In this document: one piece after another, positions 17,963 to 26,490 of the stretch | Layout: every line of letters starts with the position of its first letter | Position numbering within the stretch: position 1 is the first letter of the stretch | Source of the DNA: Faecousia sp. | Lineage (GTDB): Bacteria; Bacillota; Clostridia; Oscillospirales; Oscillospiraceae | DNA length: 58,931 nt | Direction of reading: 5' to 3' | Assembly: GCA_051867315.1 (NCBI GenBank) | Contig: JBJDYM010000271.1 | Span: 1-58,931, forward strand | The notes under the pieces: generated by a model | Told to the model about the DNA's origin: nothing | Databases searched by the model: none | What the model saw: the letters and a program-made list of their open reading frames with translations, nothing else | Translations under genes and position numbers: made by a program

Positions 17963-20185
17963 TTACAGATGCAGTACCCGGTCTTTAATCTCCTGGGTAC
18001 GGCCCTGGTTCCAATACTGGGTACCGATGTAGCCGCAGGTACGGCGGGCCACATTCATCTTGCTCTGGTCCCGGTTGCCGCACTGGGGGCAGACCCAAAC
18101 CAGCTTGTTGTCATCCTCCTGAATCTCGATTTCACCGTCGTAGCCGCAAATCTGGCAGTAGTCGGACTTGGTGTTCAACTCGGCATACATGATGTTGTCA
18201 TAGATGAACTGCATCAGCTCCAGAACGGCGTCGATGTTCTGCTGCATATTGGGGACCTCCACATAGCTGATGGCCCCGCCGGGGGACAGCTGCTGGAACT
18301 CCGCCTCAAAGCGCAGCTTGGTGAAAGCATCGATGGGCTCAGTCACATGGACATGGTAGGAATTCGTAATATAGCTTTTGTCCGTAATGCCGGGAATCAG
18401 GCCGAACCGTTTCTGCAGGCACTTGGCGAATTTGTAGGTGGTTGACTCCAGGGGCGTGCCGTAGAGCGAATAGTCGATGTCCTCGGCGGTCTTCCACTCC
18501 AGGCACTTGTCGTTCATCTTCTGCATGACGGACAGGGCGAAGGGCTTGGCCTCCTCGTCGGTGTGGGACTTGCCGGTCATGTACTTGACGCACTCATACA
18601 GTCCCGCGTAGCCCAGGGAGATGGTGGAGTAGCCGCCGTAGAGCAGCTTGTCGATGGGCTCGCCCTTCTCCAGACGGGCCAGGGCGCCGTACTGCCACAG
18701 GATGGGCGCGGCGTCGGACAGGGTGCCCTTCAGCCGTTCGTGGCGGCACTGCAGCGCCGTGTGGCACAGCTCCAGCCGTTCCTCAAAGATCTCCCAGAAT
18801 TTGGTCATATCCCGGCCGGAGGACAACGCCACGTCCACCAGGTTGATGGTGACCACGCCCTGGTTGAACCGGCCGTAGTACTTGGGCTTGCCCGGCTCAT
18901 AGTTCTTGGCCCTGGCCACATTGTCCCAGCCGTTGCCGGAGCGGTCGGGGGTCAGGAAGCTGCGGCAGCCCATGCAGGTGTACACGTCGCCGTTGCCCGG
19001 AGTCTCGCCCTTGGAAAGCTTGTACTCCTTCATTTTCTTCTCGCTGATGTAGTCGGGCACCATCCGCTTGGCAGTGCACTGGGCGGCCAGACGGGTCAGA
19101 TACCAGTAGGGAGTCCCCTCCCGGACATTGTCCTCCTCCAGCACATAGATCAGCTTGGGGAAAGCGGGGGTAATCCAAACGCCCTTCTCATTCTTGACGC
19201 CTTCATAGCGCTGGCGCAGGGTCTCTTCGATGATCATGGCCAGGTCCTTCTTTTCCTGCTCGTTTCTGGCCTCGTTCAGATACATGAAGACGGTGATAAA
19301 GGGCGCCTGACCGTTGGTGGTCATCAGGGTGACAACCTGGTACTGAATGGTCTGAACACCTCTTCTCACTTCATCGCGCAGACGGTCCTCCACAACCTTG
19401 GAGATGGCCTCGTCGGAAGCCTGAATGCCAAAGGTCTCCATTTCCTTTTCCACGGTCTTGCGAATCTTCTCCCGGCTGATCTGCACGAAGGGCGCCAGAT
19501 GAGTCAGCGAGATGGACTGGCCGCCGTACTGATTGGAGGCGACCTGGGCGATGATCTGGGTGGCAATGTTGCAGGCGGTGGAGAAGGAATGGGGCTTCTC
19601 GATCAGGGTGCCGGAAATGACGGTGCCGTTCTGAAGCATGTCCTCCAGATTCACCAGGTCACAGTTATGCATATGCTGGGCATAGTAATCGGAGTCGTGG
19701 AAGTGGATGATGCCGCTTTCGTGGGCCGCTACGATTTCCGGGGGCAGCAGAATCCGGTTGGTGATATCCTTGGAGACCTCGCCGGCCATATAGTCCCGCT
19801 GCACGGCGTTGATGGTGGGGTTTTTGTTGGCGTTCTCCTGCTTGACCTCTTCGTTGTTGCACTCGATCAGGCTGAGAATCCGGTCATCCGTGGTGTTGGA
19901 CTGGCGGAGCAGGCTGCGGGTGTACCGGTATGTAATGTATTCCTTTGCAACTTCAAAGGCACCGTGTGCCATGATGGACTTTTCAACCAAATCCTGGATC
20001 TCTTCCACAGAGGGGCTGCGGCCCATTTCCTCGCAGGCGACTTCCACATGCTCGGAAATCCGCCGGATCTGAAGCGGAGTCATGCGCACCTTTTCATCGG
20101 CGGCTTCGTTGGCCTTGGTAACGGCCATCACGATTTTATTGATGTCAAAAACGACCTCAGTGCCATTTCTTTTGATAATCTTCAC
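17963..20185 (-). CDS. nrdD: Anaerobic (class III) ribonucleoside-triphosphate reductase
   Basis: N-terminal ATP cone (KIIKRNG), MGCRSFL, CQICGY...CPQCG zinc site and RRTCGYIG glycyl-radical motif. GTG start behind AAAGGAGG. Confidence 0.97.
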   Translation of the reverse strand: MKIIKRNGTEVVFDINKIVMAVTKANEAADEKVRMTPLQIRRISEHVEVACEEMGRSPSVEEIQDLVEKSIMAHGAFEVAKEYITYRYTRSLLRQSNTTDDRILSLIECNNEEVKQENANKNPTINAVQRDYMAGEVSKDITNRILLPPEIVAAHESGIIHFHDSDYYAQHMHNCDLVNLEDMLQNGTVISGTLIEKPHSFSTACNIATQIIAQVASNQYGGQSISLTHLAPFVQISREKIRKTVEKEMETFGIQASDEAISKVVEDRLRDEVRRGVQTIQYQVVTLMTTNGQAPFITVFMYLNEARNEQEKKDLAMIIEETLRQRYEGVKNEKGVWITPAFPKLIYVLEEDNVREGTPYWYLTRLAAQCTAKRMVPDYISEKKMKEYKLSKGETPGNGDVYTCMGCRSFLTPDRSGNGWDNVARAKNYEPGKPKYYGRFNQGVVTINLVDVALSSGRDMTKFWEIFEERLELCHTALQCRHERLKGTLSDAAPILWQYGALARLEKGEPIDKLLYGGYSTISLGYAGLYECVKYMTGKSHTDEEAKPFALSVMQKMNDKCLEWKTAEDIDYSLYGTPLESTTYKFAKCLQKRFGLIPGITDKSYITNSYHVHVTEPIDAFTKLRFEAEFQQLSPGGAISYVEVPNMQQNIDAVLELMQFIYDNIMYAELNTKSDYCQICGYDGEIEIQEDDNKLVWVCPQCGNRDQSKMNVARRTCGYIGTQYWNQGRTQEIKDRVLHL

Positions 20186-20236
20186 GTATGGTCCTCCTTT
20201 TGCGCGGGTGGGGTTCTGATGTCCCGCGCATGACAT

Positions 20237-20287
20237 ATTATACTATATATTGTGGTTTTGTCAAGAGAAAAACACAAAATATGGGAT
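20237..20287 (-). promoter_or_regulatory. nrdD promoter with tandem NrdR boxes
   Basis: TTGACA-16-TATAAT on the minus strand (20264..20237). NrdR-box-like ATACTATATATTGTGG (20240-20255) and ACACAAAATATGGGAT (20272-20287) lie 32 bp apart. Confidence 0.85.
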
Positions 20288-20388
20288 TTGACGAAAATAA
20301 GTAGAAAAGTACGGAATTGAACGGGCAGCGGCACGGCCACGGAAAAAGAAGAAAGTTCCGTTTTTTCCAATTGCCGTAAAAGAAATAA

Positions 20389-20417
20389 TTGAAAATCGTC
20401 GAAGAATATAGTATAAT
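20389..20417 (+). promoter_or_regulatory. Candidate sigmaA-type promoter of galM
   Basis: TTGAAA-17 nt-TATAAT. Confidence 0.75.
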
Positions 20418-20478
20418 CAAAGGAAGCAGTCTTTACATAATTCTGAGCATTATACCGCAAAAATGAAAGGGGCTTTTT

Positions 20479-21495
20479 ATGAGAAAATTTTTTGGCAAAC
20501 TTCCCTCCGGTGAAGAAACTTTTTTGTACACCATTTCCCGGGGCGGCATCACCGCGACGGTGACTGATTTCGGCGCGACGCTGGTGAATGTGTTCGTTCC
20601 CGATGCCGATGGCAACATTGCCGACGTAGCCCTGGGCTACGACGATGCGGAAGGCTACCTGAACGGCACCTGCTTCCTGGGCGCCATTGTCGGCCGCAGC
20701 GCCAACAGAATCAAGGGCAGTGCCTTCTCCATCGGCGAACGGAAGTATGCCCTCATACCCAACGAGAACGGCAACAACCTCCATTCCGGCCCCGATTTCT
20801 ACCACACCCGGATGTGGAGCGTGACGAACTGCACAGACACCTCCATTTCCCTCCATCTGGACAGCCCCAACGGCGATCAGGGGTATCCGGGCAACGCTTC
20901 CATTGACGTAACCTACAGCCTGGACGAAAAGGGCGGTCTGCACATCGCATATGATGCCGTATCCGACCACGATACGATCTTCAATCTGACCAACCACAGC
21001 TACTTCAACCTGGCCGGCCAGAACAATCCCGCCGCCGCGATGGACCAGCTGCTGATGCTGCCCGCCAGAGTGTTTGCCGTTGCCGACGCGGAGAGCGTCC
21101 CCACCGGCGAAATGCGCAGCGTGGAGGGCACACCCATGGATTTCCGCACCCCCAAGCCCATTGGCAGAGACATTGGCGCCGACTACGAGCCCCTGAACCT
21201 CCAGGGCGGCTACGACCACAATTTTGAAGTATTCTGCAATCCCTGCGCCGTGGTGTCCGACCCGGTCTCCGGCCGCATTATGGCCGTTTACACCGACCTG
21301 CCCGGCATCCAGTTCTACGCCGGCAATTTCCTCAGCGGCAAAGGCAAGGGCGGCATAGAATACGGTAAGCGCAGCGGCATCGCCCTGGAAACCCAGTACT
21401 ACCCCGATTCCATCCACCATCCCGAATGGGAGCAGCCTATTACCAAGGCCGGGGAAAAATACCACACCGAAACGGTCTACCGTTTCTCCAATTGA
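20479..21495 (+). CDS. galM: Aldose 1-epimerase (galactose mutarotase)
   Basis: GAIVGRSANRI, NLHSG, NLTNHSYFNL, GYDHNF and IALETQ motifs. Confidence 0.95.
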   Translation: MRKFFGKLPSGEETFLYTISRGGITATVTDFGATLVNVFVPDADGNIADVALGYDDAEGYLNGTCFLGAIVGRSANRIKGSAFSIGERKYALIPNENGNNLHSGPDFYHTRMWSVTNCTDTSISLHLDSPNGDQGYPGNASIDVTYSLDEKGGLHIAYDAVSDHDTIFNLTNHSYFNLAGQNNPAAAMDQLLMLPARVFAVADAESVPTGEMRSVEGTPMDFRTPKPIGRDIGADYEPLNLQGGYDHNFEVFCNPCAVVSDPVSGRIMAVYTDLPGIQFYAGNFLSGKGKGGIEYGKRSGIALETQYYPDSIHHPEWEQPITKAGEKYHTETVYRFSN

Positions 21496-21506
21496 GATTG
21501 ACCTCA

Positions 21507-21535
21507 GGCTCCGGCAAACAGTGCCGGAGCCCTTT
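21507..21535 (+). terminator. Intrinsic terminator of galM
   Basis: GGCTCCGGCA/TGCCGGAGCC stem with a short U tract. Confidence 0.7.
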
Positions 21536-21556
21536 GTCTGATATGAAAGCTGTGGT

Positions 21557-21585
21557 GCACACGACGCATTTGCATGCATAAACTG
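21557..21585 (+). promoter_or_regulatory. Candidate mother-cell (sigmaK-type) promoter
   Basis: GCAC-16 nt-CATAaacT matches the AC...CATAnnnT pattern, upstream of an AGGAGG RBS. Confidence 0.5.
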
Positions 21586-21635
21586 TCTTATAAGCGGTTG
21601 CAGCTTATGCGAACACGTTTTCAGGAGGGATTCCC

Positions 21636-22463
21636 ATGTCAGACAAATGCCAGGACATCCTGCGCTGTGATCCGGAAGATCTGCGCCAGGCCATGTCGAT
21701 TCACACCCGGAAAATCACGGATTCCTGCCGCGACAAAGACTGCATCGAGGATCTGCCTGTGTACCTCACCGCCGGCTCCCAGGCGCTTTTGAACAGCAGC
21801 GCCGGAACCCGGGTGCGGTGCGCGGAGCTCATCAGTACGTATATCGATGTGGAGCCGGTGGCCTTTGACCGAAACCACTACTGCATCGACGTCACATTCT
21901 ATTACCGGGTGATTGCGGACACCATTGTGGGCGCTGCCCGTCCCGCTACACTGTACGGCCTGGCAGCCTTTACCAAGCGTGCAGTGCTGTGCGGTGAGGA
22001 CAGCTGTGCCCACATCTACAGAAGCGACACCCGGCTCTACAGTCCCGACGGCATGACCAGAAGCTACGCAAACCGCCCCACCGCTGTGGTGGAGGTGCTC
22101 GATCCCATGGTGCTCAGCTCCCGGGTGCGGGATGCCGGTGACTGCGGCAACAAAGAATCCGCGCCCGTTCAGGTACCGGACGCGGTGCGGGGGATGTTCG
22201 ATGAGGAACTGAGCATCTGCCCGGACAGCAGAAGACTGTTTGTCACCCTGGGCCAGTTTTCCATTATCCGGCTGGAGCGGGATGCACAGCTGATCGTTCC
22301 TGTGATGGATTACAGCATCCCCACCAAGGAATGCTGCGACAATCCAGGCTGCACGGAAGACCCCTGCGAAATGTTCAGCCGAATCCCCTTCCCTGCCTCC
22401 CAGTTCACCCCCAGAGGGTGCGACAACAAAAAGGACGGCAGCCATCAGGGAGAAGACGGATAA
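21636..22463 (+). CDS. Cys-rich hypothetical protein, putative spore coat/exosporium component
   Basis: Strong RBS. Many Cys (RKITDSCRDKDC, KECCDNPGCTEDPCEMF) and a sigmaK-like promoter. Function is inferred. Confidence 0.7.
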   Translation: MSDKCQDILRCDPEDLRQAMSIHTRKITDSCRDKDCIEDLPVYLTAGSQALLNSSAGTRVRCAELISTYIDVEPVAFDRNHYCIDVTFYYRVIADTIVGAARPATLYGLAAFTKRAVLCGEDSCAHIYRSDTRLYSPDGMTRSYANRPTAVVEVLDPMVLSSRVRDAGDCGNKESAPVQVPDAVRGMFDEELSICPDSRRLFVTLGQFSIIRLERDAQLIVPVMDYSIPTKECCDNPGCTEDPCEMFSRIPFPASQFTPRGCDNKKDGSHQGEDG

Positions 22464-22471
22464 ATAAAACA

Positions 22472-22500
22472 GTGGCCGCTCTGAATGACAGGGCGGCCAC
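22472..22500. terminator. Hairpin between convergent genes
   Basis: GTGGCCGCTCTG/CAGGGCGGCCAC stem. Confidence 0.7.
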
Positions 22501-22505
22501 AAATT

Positions 22506-23012
22506 TTACATATCCACATCCACATTGGGCACCGCTCTGCGCTGCTCCTGGGACTCGGTGACGGCAAGGAATTTCATGCGGGTATCCTGAACCTCGTGCA
22601 GGGCCTGGGAAATGGTCTCCTCCGTGCGGCGAAGGGACTCTTCCATGTAATCATTGCCGGCTTTGCGAAGCTGGTTAATCCGGTCCTGGGTCTGGGCCAC
22701 CAGCTCCTCGCTGCGTTTTTTGGCTTCCTTGTAGATCTCTTCCTTGGCAACGAGCTCGTTGGCCCGATCCTGGGCCTGACGCAGAATGGCCTCCGCCTCC
22801 CGGCGGGCCTGGCTGATCAGCTCGTTGCGGGACTCCACGATGGTGCGGGACTGCTTGATTTCGGCTGGGAGCTGAGAGATGATCTCATCCAGCAGATCCA
22901 GAACCCGGTCTCTTTCCAGAATGCATTTATCCGCAGCAAGAGGCATGGAACGTGCGTCCTGTACCATATCGTATAACGTGCCGATGATATCTTCCGTGCT
23001 GTTGTTGCTCAT
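22506..23012 (-). CDS. Conserved coiled-coil protein (DivIVA/ATP synthase b-like) downstream of coaD
   Basis: ARSMPL...LDLLDEI...LPAEIKQSRTIV...ARREAEAILRQAQ helical pattern. GGAGG RBS. Confidence 0.75.
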   Translation of the reverse strand: MSNNSTEDIIGTLYDMVQDARSMPLAADKCILERDRVLDLLDEIISQLPAEIKQSRTIVESRNELISQARREAEAILRQAQDRANELVAKEEIYKEAKKRSEELVAQTQDRINQLRKAGNDYMEESLRRTEETISQALHEVQDTRMKFLAVTESQEQRRAVPNVDVDM

Positions 23013-23067
23013 TATGAATCCTCCAAATTCTTTATTTGCCTTGGGAAACGCCGGAAAACCTTGCAGG

Positions 23068-23550
23068 TTACAGCTTCCCTAATTTCTTACGAAAATCCGG
23101 AATGATTTCTTCCGGCAGAAAGTCGGACAGCTCCGCACCGTAATTGCCCAGTTCCTTTACCATACTGGAGCTCAGATACATATACTGGCTGTCGGCGGTG
23201 AGAAACATGGTGTCCAGTTCGGGGTTGATCTTCCGGTTGACCAGGGCCATCTGGAATTCGTTTTCAAAGTCCGAACCGGCGCGCAGGCCCTTCACAATCA
23301 CACAGCTGCCCCGTCTTTTGGCATAGTCAGCCAGAAGCTCATTGGAACAATCCACTTCCACGTTGGGCAGATCCGGCGTGACCCGGCGGATAAGCTCCTC
23401 CCGCTCCTCCAGGGTGAACATGGGATTTTTGCCCGCATTCACCATCACGCAAACGATGAGCTTATCGAAAATATTGGCAGCGCGGCGGATGATATTCAGA
23501 TGCCCGCTGGTGATGGGGTCAAAGCTGCCGGGATAAACTGCTGTTTTCAT
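23068..23550 (-). CDS. coaD: Phosphopantetheine adenylyltransferase
   Basis: YPGSFDPITSGH, KGLRAGSDFENE and LSSSMVKE motifs. Confidence 0.97.
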   Translation of the reverse strand: MKTAVYPGSFDPITSGHLNIIRRAANIFDKLIVCVMVNAGKNPMFTLEEREELIRRVTPDLPNVEVDCSNELLADYAKRRGSCVIVKGLRAGSDFENEFQMALVNRKINPELDTMFLTADSQYMYLSSSMVKELGNYGAELSDFLPEEIIPDFRKKLGKL

Positions 23551-23568
23551 ATTATATCCAATTTTTCC

Positions 23569-24111
23569 TTATCTTTTACGGTAAAGGGTCAGTATAATTT
23601 TGCCGTACTTGTAATCCCGGGAACGGGTATAGCCCTCAAACTCCCAGGGAAGCTCCTTGCCCAGAGGGCGTTCTGCGACTATTATACCACCGGATTGCAA
23701 AATGTCAATTTCGGTTATCCTTTTTATGGCATTTTCCAAAAAAACTTCCGCATAGGGAGGGTCCAAAAGAATCAAACCGAACTGGTCTGCGCACCGGTTC
23801 AGATACTCCATATAATCGCTCTGAACCACGGTACCCTGGGCTTCCAAATGGGTTTTCTTTAAATTGAAACGAATCAGCTGGCAGGCCTCCCGCCTGGAAT
23901 CCACAAATACCGCTTTGGAGGCTCCCCTGCTCAGCGCCTCTATGCCCAGCTGACCGGTGCCGCCGAACAGATCCAGCACCTTTGTCCCGGGCAGCTCAAA
24001 CTGGACAATGCTGAAAAGCGCTTCCTTGACCCGGTCAGTGGTGGGGCGGGTCAGCATTCCATCGGGTGTATTCAGCTGAATTCCCTTTGCTGTTCCTGCA
24101 ATAACACGCAT
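23569..24111 (-). CDS. rsmD: 16S rRNA (guanine966-N2) methyltransferase
   Basis: True start MRVIAG at 24111. TRPTTDRVKEALF, LDLFGGTGQLGIEALSRGA and DPPY motifs. Confidence 0.95.
   Translation of the reverse strand: MRVIAGTAKGIQLNTPDGMLTRPTTDRVKEALFSIVQFELPGTKVLDLFGGTGQLGIEALSRGASKAVFVDSRREACQLIRFNLKKTHLEAQGTVVQSDYMEYLNRCADQFGLILLDPPYAEVFLENAIKRITEIDILQSGGIIVAERPLGKELPWEFEGYTRSRDYKYGKIILTLYRKR
23681..23708 (-). promoter_or_regulatory. Intragenic consensus promoter in rsmD pointing at coaD
   Basis: TTGACA-16 nt-TATAAT with TGg extended -10, inside codons IDILQSGGII. Confidence 0.75.
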
Positions 24112-24136
24112 GGTAAGCTCCTTTCTGGAAAACCGG

Positions 24137-25957
24137 TTACGCTTCCGGCTTCTGATGGAAATGCTGATACACGGCGAGGGCTGCATCCCTCGGCAGGAAA
24201 CGCTCCAGCTCCGGGAGGGTTGCCTGGCCGATGGCCTTAATGGACTTGAACTGACGCAGCAGCTCCTGCTTGCGTTTCGGCCCGATGCCGGTGATTCCGT
24301 CCAGCTCCGAATAGCGCAGGCGCTTGCTGCGCAGCTGGCGGTGGAAGGTGATGGCAAATCGGTGGGTTTCCTCCTGAATGGTGCCCACCAGGGCGAAAAT
24401 GGCCTGATTGGTATCGATGGAGATCTCCTGAGCCTCGGTGGTGACCAGAGCACGGGTGCGGTGGCGGTCGTCCTTCACCATACCAAACACCGGGAAGGAC
24501 AATCCCAGCTCCTCCAATGCGTTTTTTGCCACCCTGGCATGGTTGATTCCGCCGTCAATCAGAAGCAGGTCCGGGGCGGCGTCAAAGCCCTTGTCCCCTG
24601 CCTTGTAGTGGGAAAAGCGCCGTTTCACAACTTGGTGCATGGAGGCATAGTCATCCTGGTTGGAAAGTCCCTCCAGCTTGAAGCGTTTGTAATCGCTTTT
24701 TTTGGGCTTTCCGTCCTGAAAAACCACCATACTGGCCACGATGTCCGTGCCGGAAATATTGGAAATATCAAAGGATTCTATCCGTTTCGGCGTGGGAATA
24801 TTCAGCATTTTTCCCAGCAGAACCAGAATTGCCTGGCTGCGCTCCTCTTTATCCGTGACCCGCTTGGCTTCCTCGAAGGCATTTTTGCAGGCTAGCTCCA
24901 CCAGGCGCACATTGTCCCCCCGCTGCGGGACACGAAGCTTGGAGCTTCTGCCATACTGCTGCTCCATCAATTGGGAGAACAGCTCCCCATCCTCCAACTC
25001 GAACGGAAGCAGAACCTGCTTGGGCGCAAAGCCCCGGCTGAGATAATACTGCTTCATCAGGCTGGAAACAGCCTCTTCCCGATCGTCTGGGGTTGGAAAA
25101 ACCTCGTATTCCTTATCCAGCAGATTGCCGCCGCTGAAATGGAGCACGGCAAAGCAGGCCTTCACTTCGGTCTGTCCGTAGCCCACCACATCCGTATCCG
25201 CCAGGGTCCCTGCCGTTACCAGCTGCTTCTGGCCCAGGGCCTCCACGGCGTTGAATCTGTCCCGCAGGGTGGCCGCCAGCTCGAATTCCAAATGGTCGGC
25301 TGCCTCAATCATCTGCGCTTTGATCTGCTCTGCCACGGTTTTATAGTTCCCGGAGAGAAGCTGCCTGGCCTGCTCCATGGTCTGACGGTATTCGGTGCAG
25401 GTTTTGCTACTCTGGCACCAGCCGGCACACTGGTTCATGTGGTAGTTGAGGCAGGGGCGCTCCTTGCCGATGTCCCGGGGGAACTCCTTGCTGCAGGATG
25501 GAAGCTTCAGGGTGTGCTGCACCGCCTCCATCACATCATGGGTCACGCTGCGGCTTCCGAAGGGGCCGTAGTATTGGGCGCCGTCGTCCGCGAGCTTGCT
25601 GACCAGGGTGATTTTGGGGTACACCTCCTTCATATTCAGCCGGAGGTAGGGATAGCCCTTATCATCCTTCAAAAGGATGTTATACTTGGGCATGTATCGC
25701 TTGATCAGGGAGCATTCCAGCACCAGGGCTTCAAATTCACTGGCAGCTACGATCACATCAAAGTGATGGATTTTGCTGACCATGATGCGGGTTTTCGGGG
25801 TATGGGAGGCGGTGTCCTGGAAATACTGGCTGACCCGGTTCTTCAGTTTTTTTGCTTTCCCGACGTAGATGACTTTGTCGGTTTTGTCCCGCATGATATA
25901 GACGCCCGGCGCATAAGGCAGGGACAGCGCTTTTTCCTTCAGTTCATCAAAGGTCAT
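24137..25957 (-). CDS. uvrC: Excinuclease ABC subunit C
   Basis: PGVYIM...YVGKAKKLKNRVSQYF GIY-YIG domain, IESFDISN, PDLLLIDGG and HhH GIGPKR. Alternative start 25963. Confidence 0.97.
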   Translation of the reverse strand: MTFDELKEKALSLPYAPGVYIMRDKTDKVIYVGKAKKLKNRVSQYFQDTASHTPKTRIMVSKIHHFDVIVAASEFEALVLECSLIKRYMPKYNILLKDDKGYPYLRLNMKEVYPKITLVSKLADDGAQYYGPFGSRSVTHDVMEAVQHTLKLPSCSKEFPRDIGKERPCLNYHMNQCAGWCQSSKTCTEYRQTMEQARQLLSGNYKTVAEQIKAQMIEAADHLEFELAATLRDRFNAVEALGQKQLVTAGTLADTDVVGYGQTEVKACFAVLHFSGGNLLDKEYEVFPTPDDREEAVSSLMKQYYLSRGFAPKQVLLPFELEDGELFSQLMEQQYGRSSKLRVPQRGDNVRLVELACKNAFEEAKRVTDKEERSQAILVLLGKMLNIPTPKRIESFDISNISGTDIVASMVVFQDGKPKKSDYKRFKLEGLSNQDDYASMHQVVKRRFSHYKAGDKGFDAAPDLLLIDGGINHARVAKNALEELGLSFPVFGMVKDDRHRTRALVTTEAQEISIDTNQAIFALVGTIQEETHRFAITFHRQLRSKRLRYSELDGITGIGPKRKQELLRQFKSIKAIGQATLPELERFLPRDAALAVYQHFHQKPEA

Positions 25958-26061
25958 CTTCAAACTCCAAAAAAGAACCGCCCCATGCAGCGTTTGGCAT
26001 TGAGGCGGTCAATTGAGGGACACTCCGGCCAGGCAACTGTGCCGGAGATTCCTACGTAAAA

Positions 26062-26322
26062 TCAGTAAACATCCCGCTGGAGCAGAGCTTCCAGTGCATT
26101 CACAGCAGCCTCAGCATCGGGACCGACAGCGCTCAGGGTGACCTTGGTACCGGTGACAATCCCCAGGGACATGATACCAAGCAGACTCTTGGCATTCATC
26201 TTGCGGCTCTCGGATTCCAGCCAAATGCTGCTTTCAAACTCATTGGCCTTCTGTACGAAGTAGGTAGCCTGTTTGTTGTGCAGGCCGGATTCACAGCGCA
26301 CAACAACTTCTTTGTTGAACAT
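26062..26322 (-). CDS. ptsH: HPr-family phosphocarrier protein with atypical His15 loop
   Basis: GLHNKQA (His15) and NAKSLLGIMSLG (Ser46). AAGGAG RBS 9 nt before ATG 26322. Confidence 0.9.
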   Translation of the reverse strand: MFNKEVVVRCESGLHNKQATYFVQKANEFESSIWLESESRKMNAKSLLGIMSLGIVTGTKVTLSAVGPDAEAAVNALEALLQRDVY

Positions 26323-26374
26323 ATCCATACACTCCTTTACACCGCGCCCAATCGAACGCAATGAATCTACCTAC

Positions 26375-26402
26375 ATAATACCATTTTTACTGAAAAAGTC
26401 AA
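26375..26402 (-). promoter_or_regulatory. Candidate sigmaA-type promoter of the HPr gene
   Basis: TTGACT-16 nt-TATTAT with TGg extended -10. Confidence 0.6.
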
Positions 26403-26490
26403 CCAATTTTCGGATGAGTTGCACAAAGCAAAATATTTTTGTGCAATTTTTCACAATCCTGCTTTTTATAGCAGGATTGTCCCCCAATCT

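Noticed and set aside
24112-24453. N-terminal extension of the rsmD ORF in the track
   Set aside because: It overlaps uvrC in another frame. The real start is MRVIAG at 24111 behind an AAGGAG RBS.
25960-26060. LexA/DinR SOS box upstream of uvrC
   Set aside because: No GAAC-N4-GTTC found. The region has only imperfect hairpins, probably the HPr terminator.
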